NCBI GenBank assembly: GCA_963770565.1
Contig: CAVYQE010000011.1
Coordinates: 192,001-256,000 of the forward strand
DNA from: an uncultured Actinomycetota bacterium
Lineage (GTDB): Bacteria > Actinomycetota > Actinomycetes > JAFAQI01
Direction of reading: 5' to 3'
DNA: 64,000 bases
The position numbers were made by a program, and so were the translations under genes. Numbering within the stretch: the stretch's first letter is position 1; each line of letters starts with the position of its first letter. This document shows positions 56,496 to 64,000 of the stretch, in pieces. The notes under the pieces are model-generated. The model worked only from the letters and a program-made list of their open reading frames with translations, was not told where the DNA came from and did not search any database.

Positions 56496-57265
56496 CAGGC
56501 CCGGCCGACTGCGGTGATCCCGCCGTCGATCACGACGGTCTGGCCGGTGATCCAACTCGCGTCGTCGGAGAGCAGGAAGGCCGCGAGCTTTGCGGTGTCA
56601 GTGGGCACGCCGAGCCGCTTCAGCGGATACATGTTGGCCACCCCCTCCTCGTCGGCCTCGTACAGCGCGCGGGCGAACTGCGTCTTGACGACCGCCGGTG
56701 CGATTGCGTTGACCCGCACGCCGGGGGCGAGCTCGCCGGAGAGCTGGCGGGTCAGGTGGATCAGCGCCGCCTTGCTGGCGTTGTAGGCGCCGATCGCCGA
56801 ACCAGCGGCGATGCCGCCGACGGACGCGACGTTGAGGATGGCGCCGCCGTGCTCGCGCAGCCAGGCCCGCCAGGCCAACTGGGCCCAGGCCAGCGTGGCG
56901 ACCACGTTGACCTCGAAGATCTTGCGGACGGCGCCGAGATCGGCGTCCATCAGCGGCCCGTACTGCGGGTTGACGGCCGCGTTGTTGACCAGGAAGTCAA
57001 GCCGGCCGAAGGCCTCGATCGTCGCGGCCACCGCCGCCTCCTGGTGGGCCGCATCGTCGGCGCCGCCTCGGGCCGCGATCGCCCGGCCGGTGCGGTCGGG
57101 ATCAAGTTCGGCGACGGCGCGTTCGAGCTCGTCCGGCTTGCGGGCGGTGATGCATACCGAGGCCCCGCGGCTGACCAGCTCGGCCGCGATGCCGAGGCCG
57201 ATGCCGCGGGTCGCGCCGGTGACGATGGCCGCGCGGCCGCTGAAGTCTTGCGTCACTTCGCTCAT
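56495..57265 (-). CDS. SDR family oxidoreductase
   Basis: TGATRGIG, NNAA.NP, YNASK, VNAIAP. Confidence 0.9.
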   Translation of the reverse strand: MSEVTQDFSGRAAIVTGATRGIGLGIAAELVSRGASVCITARKPDELERAVAELDPDRTGRAIAARGGADDAAHQEAAVAATIEAFGRLDFLVNNAAVNPQYGPLMDADLGAVRKIFEVNVVATLAWAQLAWRAWLREHGGAILNVASVGGIAAGSAIGAYNASKAALIHLTRQLSGELAPGVRVNAIAPAVVKTQFARALYEADEEGVANMYPLKRLGVPTDTAKLAAFLLSDDASWITGQTVVIDGGITAVGRA

Positions 57266-57417
57266 GGTCGGACACGCTGCCATATCGCTGTCCACTCCCC
57301 GGCGGCCGGGCCGCACCGTCCACAGCTTGGGTCGCCGGGGCGCTCGAGCAGTGGCCGTCGGGCGAAGGTGAAGGCGACCGGCGGGCGCCGCGTCATCGAC
57401 AAGGCAGGAGCGATTCG

Positions 57418-57858
57418 ATGGACACGTACGTGACGGTGCAGGGCAATCTGGTCGCGGATCCGAATGCCCGCTCGACCGCCAACGGTGCGACGGTGGTCCA
57501 CTTCCGGGTCGCCGCGAGCGGGCGACGGTTCGACCGGGCAAGCGGCGAGTTCCGGGACGGCGACACCATGTATATAGCGGTGTCCTGCTGGCGGAATCTC
57601 GGCGGCAACGTCCTCGCGAGCCTGCGCAAGGGCGACAGCGTCCTGGTCCACGGTCGGCTGCTGCTCCGCACGTACGACGACAAGCAGGGCAACCGACGCA
57701 GCGTGCACGAGATCGACGCGATCGCGGTCGGCCCCGACCTGTCCCGGTACGCCGCCGACCTGCGCCGTCCGACCCGCCCGGCCGAGCCCGAGCGGGCGCC
57801 GGCGGCGTCGGACCCGGATCCGGCGACGGTCGAACGGGTCGGCAGTGTGGCGGCCTGA
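57418..57858 (+). CDS. ssb: Single-stranded DNA-binding protein (second, SsbB-like paralog)
   Basis: V.GNL..DP, FRVA, V.CWR.L..NV..SL.KGD.V.V.GRL; no acidic PF tail. Confidence 0.85.
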   Translation: MDTYVTVQGNLVADPNARSTANGATVVHFRVAASGRRFDRASGEFRDGDTMYIAVSCWRNLGGNVLASLRKGDSVLVHGRLLLRTYDDKQGNRRSVHEIDAIAVGPDLSRYAADLRRPTRPAEPERAPAASDPDPATVERVGSVAA

Positions 57859-57903
57859 CCTGCGTGGCTTCGCGCCCGTGCCGGGCATCCGTAGCCTGGG
57901 CGG

Positions 57904-59580
57904 GTGGCTCAATACATCTACTCGATGCACAACGTCCGCAAGGCCCACGGCGACAAGGTCATCCTCGACAACGTCACGTTGTCGTTCCTGCCCGGCGCCA
58001 AGATCGGCGTGGTCGGCCCTAACGGCGCCGGCAAGTCCAGCGTGCTCAAGATCATGGCCGGGATGGACACGCCGTCCAACGGCGACGCGGCGCTCGCACC
58101 GGACTACACGGTCGGGATCCTGCTCCAGGAGCCGCCACTGGACGAGACCAAGGACGTCCGCGGCAACGTCGACGAGGCGGTCGCGGGCACCAAGGCCCTG
58201 CTCGACCGATACAACGAGATCGCCGAGGAGATGGCGGTCGAATACACCGACGAGCTCGGCACCGAGATGGGCGTTCTGCAGGAGCGGATCGATCACTCCG
58301 GCGGCTGGGACCTCGACAGCCGGATCGAGATGGCGATGGACGCCCTTCGCCTGCCGCCGGGCGAAGCCGATGTCACGGTCCTCTCCGGTGGCGAGCGACG
58401 CCGGGTGGCGCTATGCAAGCTGCTGCTCGAGCAGCCCGACCTGCTGCTGCTCGACGAGCCGACCAACCATCTCGACGCCGAGAGCGTTCAGTGGCTCGAG
58501 CAGCACCTGGCCGGTTACCCCGGCACCGTGCTCGCGGTCACCCACGATCGGTACTTCCTCGACAACGTCGCCGAGTGGATCCTCGAGCTCGACCGCGGCC
58601 GCGCCTATCCGTACGAGGGCAACTACACGACGTACCTGGAGTCCAAGTCCAGCCGGCTGAAGGTCGAGGGGGCGAAGGACGCCAAGCGCAAGAAGGAGAT
58701 CGAGCGCGAGCTCGAGTGGGTCCGGTCGAGTCCGCGCGCGCGCCAGGCGAAGAGCAAGGCCCGGCTGGCTCGCTTTGACGAGCTCGTCGCCGAGGCCGAA
58801 CGCCACGGTCCGGTCGACATCGACGCGATCCAGATCCCGCCGGGACCGCGTCTCGGCACCCAGGTGATCGAGGCCGAGCACCTCAAGAAGGGGTTCGGCG
58901 AGCGGATCCTGATCGAGGGCTTGTCGTTCTCGCTGCCGCCCGGCGGCATCGTCGGCGTGATGGGGCCCAACGGGGTCGGCAAGACGACGCTGTTCAAGAT
59001 GATCATCGGGGACGAGAAGCCCGACGACGGGCAGCTCCGGATCGGCGACACGGTCGAGATTTCCTATGTCGACCAGGGCCGAGGCGGGCTCGACCCGAAG
59101 AAGACCCTGTGGGAGACGGTCTCGGGCGGTACCGACTACATCCGGGTCGGCAAGACCGAGATCAACAGCCGGGCCTACGTCGCGTCGTTCGGGTTCAAGG
59201 GCCCCGACCAGCAGAAGCCGGCCGGCGTGCTCTCCGGCGGAGAGCGCAACCGGCTGAACCTCGCGCTCACGCTAAAGACCGGTGGCAACGTGCTCCTGCT
59301 CGACGAGCCCACGAACGACCTCGATGTCGAGACGCTGCGCTCGCTCGAGGATGCGCTCGAGGACTTCCCCGGCTGCGCCGTCGTGATCAGTCACGACCGG
59401 TGGTTCCTCGACAAGGTGGCGACGCACATCCTTGCCTGGGAAGGCGACGAGGAGCACCCGGGCCGCTGGTTCTGGTTCGAGGGCGGTTTCAGCGACTACG
59501 AGCGCAACAAGATCGACCGGCTCGGCGAGGAAGCGGCCCGGCCGCACCGTACGACGTACCGCCGGCTGGGTCGCGACTGA
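57904..59580 (+). CDS. ettA: Energy-dependent translational throttle ABC-F protein
   Basis: MAQYIYSM..VRK, twin ABC domains, ELEWVR....RQAKSKAR, W.WFEG. Confidence 0.95.
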   Translation: MAQYIYSMHNVRKAHGDKVILDNVTLSFLPGAKIGVVGPNGAGKSSVLKIMAGMDTPSNGDAALAPDYTVGILLQEPPLDETKDVRGNVDEAVAGTKALLDRYNEIAEEMAVEYTDELGTEMGVLQERIDHSGGWDLDSRIEMAMDALRLPPGEADVTVLSGGERRRVALCKLLLEQPDLLLLDEPTNHLDAESVQWLEQHLAGYPGTVLAVTHDRYFLDNVAEWILELDRGRAYPYEGNYTTYLESKSSRLKVEGAKDAKRKKEIERELEWVRSSPRARQAKSKARLARFDELVAEAERHGPVDIDAIQIPPGPRLGTQVIEAEHLKKGFGERILIEGLSFSLPPGGIVGVMGPNGVGKTTLFKMIIGDEKPDDGQLRIGDTVEISYVDQGRGGLDPKKTLWETVSGGTDYIRVGKTEINSRAYVASFGFKGPDQQKPAGVLSGGERNRLNLALTLKTGGNVLLLDEPTNDLDVETLRSLEDALEDFPGCAVVISHDRWFLDKVATHILAWEGDEEHPGRWFWFEGGFSDYERNKIDRLGEEAARPHRTTYRRLGRD

Positions 59581-60374
59581 TGGCCGCGGCGTACCGCTGG
59601 GATCCCGAGCAGTACGTCCGCTTCGCCGACGAGCGCGGCCGGCCGTTCACCGAGCTGGTCGAGCGGGTCCGGGTCGAGCACCCGGCGCGGGTGGTCGATG
59701 CCGGATGCGGCCCGGGCTCCCTGAGTGTGCAGCTGACCGAGCGCTGGCCGCAGGCGCGGGTGATCGGGCTCGACAGTTCCGTCGACATGATCGGCGCGGC
59801 CGAGTCGCGGACCGTTCCGGGCCGGCTCGAGTTCGTCCGGGCGGACCTGCGTGAATGGCGCCCGGCCAAGCCGGTCGACGTCGTCGTCGCGAATGCGGTC
59901 CTGCAGTGGATCCCGGGTCACCTCGACCTGATAGCGGTGATAGCGGGGTGGTTGAACCCCGGCGGCGCACTCGCGTTCCAGGTGCCTGACAACTTCGATG
60001 AGCCGTCCCACACGATCGTGCACGACCTCCGCACGTCGCCCAAGTGGCGGGACCGGCTGGCCGAGGGCGCGGACCGGGGGATCGGGGTCGAACGGCCGCG
60101 GGCGTACCTGACCGCGCTCGTCGACGCCGGCCTCGAACCGGACGTCTGGCAGGCCGAATACCTGCATGTGCTCGCCGGCGATGACGCCGTGCTCGAGTGG
60201 ATCAAGGGCACTGCGCTGCGGCCGGTGCTCGATGCGCTCGCCGGCGACCGGGCGGCAACGACCGAGTTCCTCGGTGAGTGCGGGGCGAAGCTTCGGGTCG
60301 CCTACCCGCAGCAGGAGTTCGGGACGGTGTTTCCGTTCCGCCGGACCTTCGCGGTCGGGCACCGGTCGGCTTAG
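59580..60374 (+). CDS. tam: Trans-aconitate 2-methyltransferase
   Basis: WDP.QY.RF..ER.RPF, D.GCGPG, NA.LQW.P.H, GT.LRP, FPFRR.F. Confidence 0.88.
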   Translation: MAAAYRWDPEQYVRFADERGRPFTELVERVRVEHPARVVDAGCGPGSLSVQLTERWPQARVIGLDSSVDMIGAAESRTVPGRLEFVRADLREWRPAKPVDVVVANAVLQWIPGHLDLIAVIAGWLNPGGALAFQVPDNFDEPSHTIVHDLRTSPKWRDRLAEGADRGIGVERPRAYLTALVDAGLEPDVWQAEYLHVLAGDDAVLEWIKGTALRPVLDALAGDRAATTEFLGECGAKLRVAYPQQEFGTVFPFRRTFAVGHRSA

Positions 60375-60796
60375 CCGGCCGGCGAGTTGACCAACGAGTC
60401 GGCCGCCGAGGTGAGATAGGTCCAGATCACCTGGTCGGCGCCGGGAGCCAGGCCGACGTCGTCGAGCGCCGCGCGCATGTGGCCGAGCCATACGTCGCGG
60501 ACGGTCGGGTCGATCACGAACTCGGCGTGGCGCATCCGCAGCCGCGGGTGGCCGCGCAGCTCGGAGTAGGTGTGCGGGCCGCCCCAGTACTGCTCGAGAA
60601 ACAGCATCAGTCGTTGCGCGGCGGCGGCCCAGTCGTGGTCGGGATAGATCGCGGTGAGGACCGCATCCTGGGCGACCCGGGCGTAGAAGCCGCTGACCAG
60701 GGCCTCGAACGTGTCGTGGCCACCGACCGAGTCGTAGAACGTCGGCGCGGCGTCGGCCCCATCGATCGAGATCGGCTGCGGACCGGGTGGCTGCAC
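60371..60796 (-). CDS. glbO: Group II truncated hemoglobin (trHbO)
   Basis: FY..VGG..TF..LV..FY, FL.QYWGGP..YS..RGHPRLRMRH. Confidence 0.92.
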   Translation of the reverse strand: MQPPGPQPISIDGADAAPTFYDSVGGHDTFEALVSGFYARVAQDAVLTAIYPDHDWAAAAQRLMLFLEQYWGGPHTYSELRGHPRLRMRHAEFVIDPTVRDVWLGHMRAALDDVGLAPGADQVIWTYLTSAADSLVNSPAG

Positions 60797-60897
60797 CGCT
60801 CCATCGTGCCTCACCGGGTGCCGACTCGCGACCGCCGAGTGTCGATGTCGCTCGACGCTGCGGCTTGGATCAGGGAGGATGAGCCAAGGAGGACCTC

Positions 60898-61422
60898 GTG
60901 GGCAACGCGTTGGTGTTGAACGCGACGTACGAGCCGCTGTGCGTCGTGGCATCCCGGCGCGCCCTCGTCCTCGTCCTGACCGGCAAGGCGATCGCCGTCG
61001 AGTCCGGCGATGTCGAGCTGCACAGCGAGCGGATGACGGTGCTGGTGCCGCTCGTCGTGCGGCTGACTCGCTACGTTCGGGTGCCGTATCGCGCCGCGGT
61101 CCCGCTGACCCGCCGGGCGGTCTTCGCTCGCGACGGCGGCCGCTGTGTCTACTGTCGGGCGCCCGCGACGAGCATCGACCACGTCATGCCGCGCAGCCGT
61201 GGTGGTACCCATGTCTGGGAGAACGTCGTGTCGTGCTGCCGGCGGTGCAACCACGCCAAGGCCGACCGGGTGATCACCGAGCTGGGCTGGCGGATGCCTC
61301 GTCAGCCGGCCGCGCCGACCGGGATCGCCTGGCGCGTGCTCGGCAGCGGCCGGATGAACCCGCAGTGGCGCCCGTACCTCGATGATCCGGCCCTCGACGA
61401 CATCGAGCAGGCCACCGCCTGA
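60898..61422 (+). CDS. HNH endonuclease (conserved Rv2469c-like)
   Basis: LVLNA.YEPL, RD..RC.YC....TSIDHV.PRSRGG.H.W.NVV.CC..CN..K. Confidence 0.9.
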   Translation: MGNALVLNATYEPLCVVASRRALVLVLTGKAIAVESGDVELHSERMTVLVPLVVRLTRYVRVPYRAAVPLTRRAVFARDGGRCVYCRAPATSIDHVMPRSRGGTHVWENVVSCCRRCNHAKADRVITELGWRMPRQPAAPTGIAWRVLGSGRMNPQWRPYLDDPALDDIEQATA

Positions 61423-61458
61423 ACGGTTTCTCAGCCGGTAGGCCGTAGGGTCGATGCC

Positions 61459-62097
61459 GTGCGCGCTCGGCTGGTCGTCGTCGGTCTCGGCGCCGTCGCG
61501 TTGATCGCCGGCTGCAGCTCGAGCTCCTCGGGCGGCTCGCCGACCGCGAGCGGAAGCCCACCGACGATCAGCCCGACGGCGTCACCCTCGCCCACCCCGA
61601 CCCCGTCACATCATCACTCGCACACCGCCAGCCCGACTCCGACCGCGACCGTGACGGTGACCCAGTCGGCGGCCGCAGGGCCCTGCGCGTCCAGCCAGCT
61701 CACGCTCACGATCGGGATCGGCCAGGGCACCGCCGGCACGTCGTACCAGGTGCTCGTCCTGACCAATACCGGAACGGCAGCCTGCACCCTGTTCGGCTAC
61801 CCGGGCGTGTCGTTCGTCGACTCGGCGGGTGTGATTATCGGCAAGCCGTCCAGTCGCGATCAGGGGCCCGAGCACACCATCACGCTGGCCGCAGGCGGTG
61901 CGGCCAACGCGCTGTCCCGTCAGCCCGATCCAGGCGCGTTCTCCGCGTCGGTCTGCAAGCCGAAGACCGCGGACCGGGTACGGGTGTACCCGCCGAACCA
62001 GACCGTCGCGTTGTTCGCGCACGACGCGGTCCACTTGTGCTCGACCGCGAAGGGCCGCACCGCGATCGGCCCGATGCTCGCCGGCAACGGGGGATAG
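61459..62097 (+). CDS. DUF4232 lipoprotein
   Basis: IAGC lipobox, S/P/T linker, C....L...G.AG...LTN.G...C.L.GYPGVS, V.PP. Confidence 0.8.
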   Translation: MRARLVVVGLGAVALIAGCSSSSSGGSPTASGSPPTISPTASPSPTPTPSHHHSHTASPTPTATVTVTQSAAAGPCASSQLTLTIGIGQGTAGTSYQVLVLTNTGTAACTLFGYPGVSFVDSAGVIIGKPSSRDQGPEHTITLAAGGAANALSRQPDPGAFSASVCKPKTADRVRVYPPNQTVALFAHDAVHLCSTAKGRTAIGPMLAGNGG

Positions 62098-62100
62098 CGG

Positions 62101-63516
62101 ATGAGTGACCTGCACGACCTGACCCTGATCGAGCAGGCTGTCGCGGTCCGGGCCAGGACGGTCTCGCCGGTGGAGTTGGCCGAGCACTACCTGGCTCGGA
62201 TCGATCGCCTCAACGATGACGTCGGCGCATTCGTGACGGTGACGCCTGAGCTCGCGCTCGATGCCGCCCGAGCGGCCGCGCAGGCGGTCGTCGATGGCAC
62301 CGATGACCTCCCGCCGCTGCACGGGGTGCCGACCGCGATCAAGGACCTCAACCTGACCGCCGGCGTTCCGACCAGGTTCGGTACGGCGGCCTGGGAGCCG
62401 GTCGATCTCGGGATCGACGACGCGGTGGTGGTCAAGCTGAAGGCGGCCGGCCTGATCTCGCTCGGCAAGACCAACACGCCCGAGTTCGGCCTGCCCTGCT
62501 ACACCGAACCCGAAGTCGCGCCGCCGGCCCGGACGCCGTGGGACCTCGATCGCTCGGCCGGCGGGTCGAGCGGTGGTGCCGGCGCCGCGACCGCGGCCGG
62601 GCTGGTGCCCGCGGCGCAGGGCAGCGACGGCGGCGGCTCGATCCGAATCCCGTCGAGCTTGTGCGGGCTGTTCGGCATCAAGCCGGCCCGCGGGCGGGTG
62701 TCCAACTCCCCACTCAGCCCCGAGATCAGCGGCCTCGCGACGAACGGGCCGCTGGCCCGGACCGTCCGTGACGCCGCGGCGCTGCTCGATGCGATGACCG
62801 GACCGGCACCGACCGACTGGATCTGGGCGCCGCCGCCGGCGACGTCGTTCCTGGCCGCCTGTGACGATGAGCCGCGCGGCCTGCGGATCGGCCGCTACGC
62901 GACCCCGGTCGTGGGCGACGCCGCCCCCGCACCGGAGTGCATCGCGGCGTACGAAGCGGCGACCGCGCTGCTGGTCGAGCTCGGTCATACGGTGGTCGAC
63001 CACGTCCCGACCTTCGGTATCGAGCTCGTGCCGGCGTTCGAGGCGGTGTGGGCGATGGAGTTCGCCGCGCTGCCGATCGAGTCCGCTGACGAGCCCAACC
63101 TGCGCCCGCTCACCCAGTGGATCCGGGGGCGGGGCAAGTCCCTCACCGGCGCCGAGTTCCACGGGGCGCTCACCGGCCTGCGGATGGCGGCTCGAGCCGA
63201 GATCGAGGCGACCCAGGAGTACGACGCGGTGCTCACGCCCACGCTGGCACAGCCGCCTCCGCTGGTCGGGCAGCTCCGCAATGATGACGACCCGGCGGCG
63301 GACTTCGAGGCCCAGAAGCGCTTCACGCCCTTCACCGCGCCGTACAACATGTCGGGGCAGCCGGCCGTGTCGCTGCCATTGTTCTGGACCGACGGCGGCC
63401 TGCCGATCGGCGTTCAGCTGATCGGGCGGCCCTGTGACGAGGTGACGTTGCTGCGGCTGTCGGCTCAGCTCGAGGCCGCGGCCCCGTGGGCACACCGACG
63501 CCCGGCCTGCTGGTAG
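62101..63516 (+). CDS. Amidase signature family protein
   Basis: GVP..IKD, GKTNTPEFG, GGSSGG, GSDGGGSIRIP. Confidence 0.92.
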   Translation: MSDLHDLTLIEQAVAVRARTVSPVELAEHYLARIDRLNDDVGAFVTVTPELALDAARAAAQAVVDGTDDLPPLHGVPTAIKDLNLTAGVPTRFGTAAWEPVDLGIDDAVVVKLKAAGLISLGKTNTPEFGLPCYTEPEVAPPARTPWDLDRSAGGSSGGAGAATAAGLVPAAQGSDGGGSIRIPSSLCGLFGIKPARGRVSNSPLSPEISGLATNGPLARTVRDAAALLDAMTGPAPTDWIWAPPPATSFLAACDDEPRGLRIGRYATPVVGDAAPAPECIAAYEAATALLVELGHTVVDHVPTFGIELVPAFEAVWAMEFAALPIESADEPNLRPLTQWIRGRGKSLTGAEFHGALTGLRMAARAEIEATQEYDAVLTPTLAQPPPLVGQLRNDDDPAADFEAQKRFTPFTAPYNMSGQPAVSLPLFWTDGGLPIGVQLIGRPCDEVTLLRLSAQLEAAAPWAHRRPACW

Positions 63517-63549
63517 CCGACGCCCCCGAGTTGGATAGGTTCACCGGTT

Positions 63550-63927
63550 GTGAGAACACGCATTGTCCGGCGGGCGACGGTAATCGCGCTGTGCACGATC
63601 GTGCCCGTGCTGGTGACCGCGGGTCCGGCCTTGGCCAAGGTCAAGCCCGACGACGGCGAGGTTCGGGGTTCGTCGCTCGGGCTCGGCGACACGATCCTGC
63701 TGTACGTCGTCATACCGCTCGGCGCGTTCCTGCTGATCTCGGCGCTCTCGGTGCTGCCGTCGGCGTTGTCGCGTCCGCGCTACCGGCCGGGCCGTCCGTG
63801 GGAGCACGAGCCGCGCTGGATCGGTGCGCCGGCGCAGGCCGCGGCCGGAGCCGACGCAGCGGCGATCGAAGGCGGCGCGGGCGAAGCGGGATCGGCGGCT
63901 CAAGGTGGCGCAAGTGCCGAGTGGTGA
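63550..63927 (+). CDS. CtaJ-like small membrane protein (cytochrome bcc-aa3 supercomplex associated)
   Basis: TM L.YV.IP, YRPG.PW.HEP.W, C-terminal GGAS.EW; lies upstream of DUF5130. Confidence 0.65.
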   Translation: MRTRIVRRATVIALCTIVPVLVTAGPALAKVKPDDGEVRGSSLGLGDTILLYVVIPLGAFLLISALSVLPSALSRPRYRPGRPWEHEPRWIGAPAQAAAGADAAAIEGGAGEAGSAAQGGASAEW

Positions 63928-64000
63928 AGCGTTCACCAACGATCAAGTCCGCAGCATCGAACGGGTGGTCGAGACCGCCGACACCGAAACCGGGCTGACC
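63914..64000 (+). CDS. DUF5130/TPM-like (CtaI-like) protein, 5' part only
   Basis: Not in the ORF track; GTG 63914 reads MPSGEAFTNDQVRSIERVVETADTETGLT; synteny with ctaJ. Confidence 0.6.
   Translation, partial: MPSGEAFTNDQVRSIERVVETADTETGLT

Noticed and set aside
60898-61422. HNH nuclease as a defence or mobile gene
   Set aside because: It sits in conserved glbO-HNH-ctaJ/DUF5130 core synteny.

Overview
High-GC actinobacterial chromosome segment. The core synteny (tRNA-Lys/His/Arg, orn, ssb-ettA, truncated globin, HNH, ctaJ/DUF5130) matches the arrangement known from mycobacteria and related Actinomycetia. The most unusual region is 1-12.7 kb: a xanthine-oxidase-family molybdenum hydroxylase operon (FAD, separate SRPBCC/CoxG, 2Fe-2S and Mo subunits) linked to a split PEP-synthase-like phosphotransferase. 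It is built as a mirror. A second Mo subunit and a second phospho-His subunit form an inverted, reduced copy, and in this window only one set of FAD/FeS/CoxG subunits, one ATP-binding subunit and one regulator pair are available to both copies. Next comes a SigB/SigF-type stress cluster (csbD, doxX, a small hydrophobic protein, a topoisomerase IB remnant), secreted and cell-wall proteins, ALDH-DUF779 and an IS481 scar at tRNA-Lys. The rest holds paaABCDE with hppD and an aromatic aminotransferase, a sulfate ABC transporter with Rrf2, BlaI/M56, tRNA-linked islets of secreted proteins, MFS/HxlR, a Liv-type ABC transporter with acyl-CoA catabolic genes, and core genes. No CRISPR array, prophage or intact transposase was seen. 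All calls come from reading motifs by eye; no searches were run.
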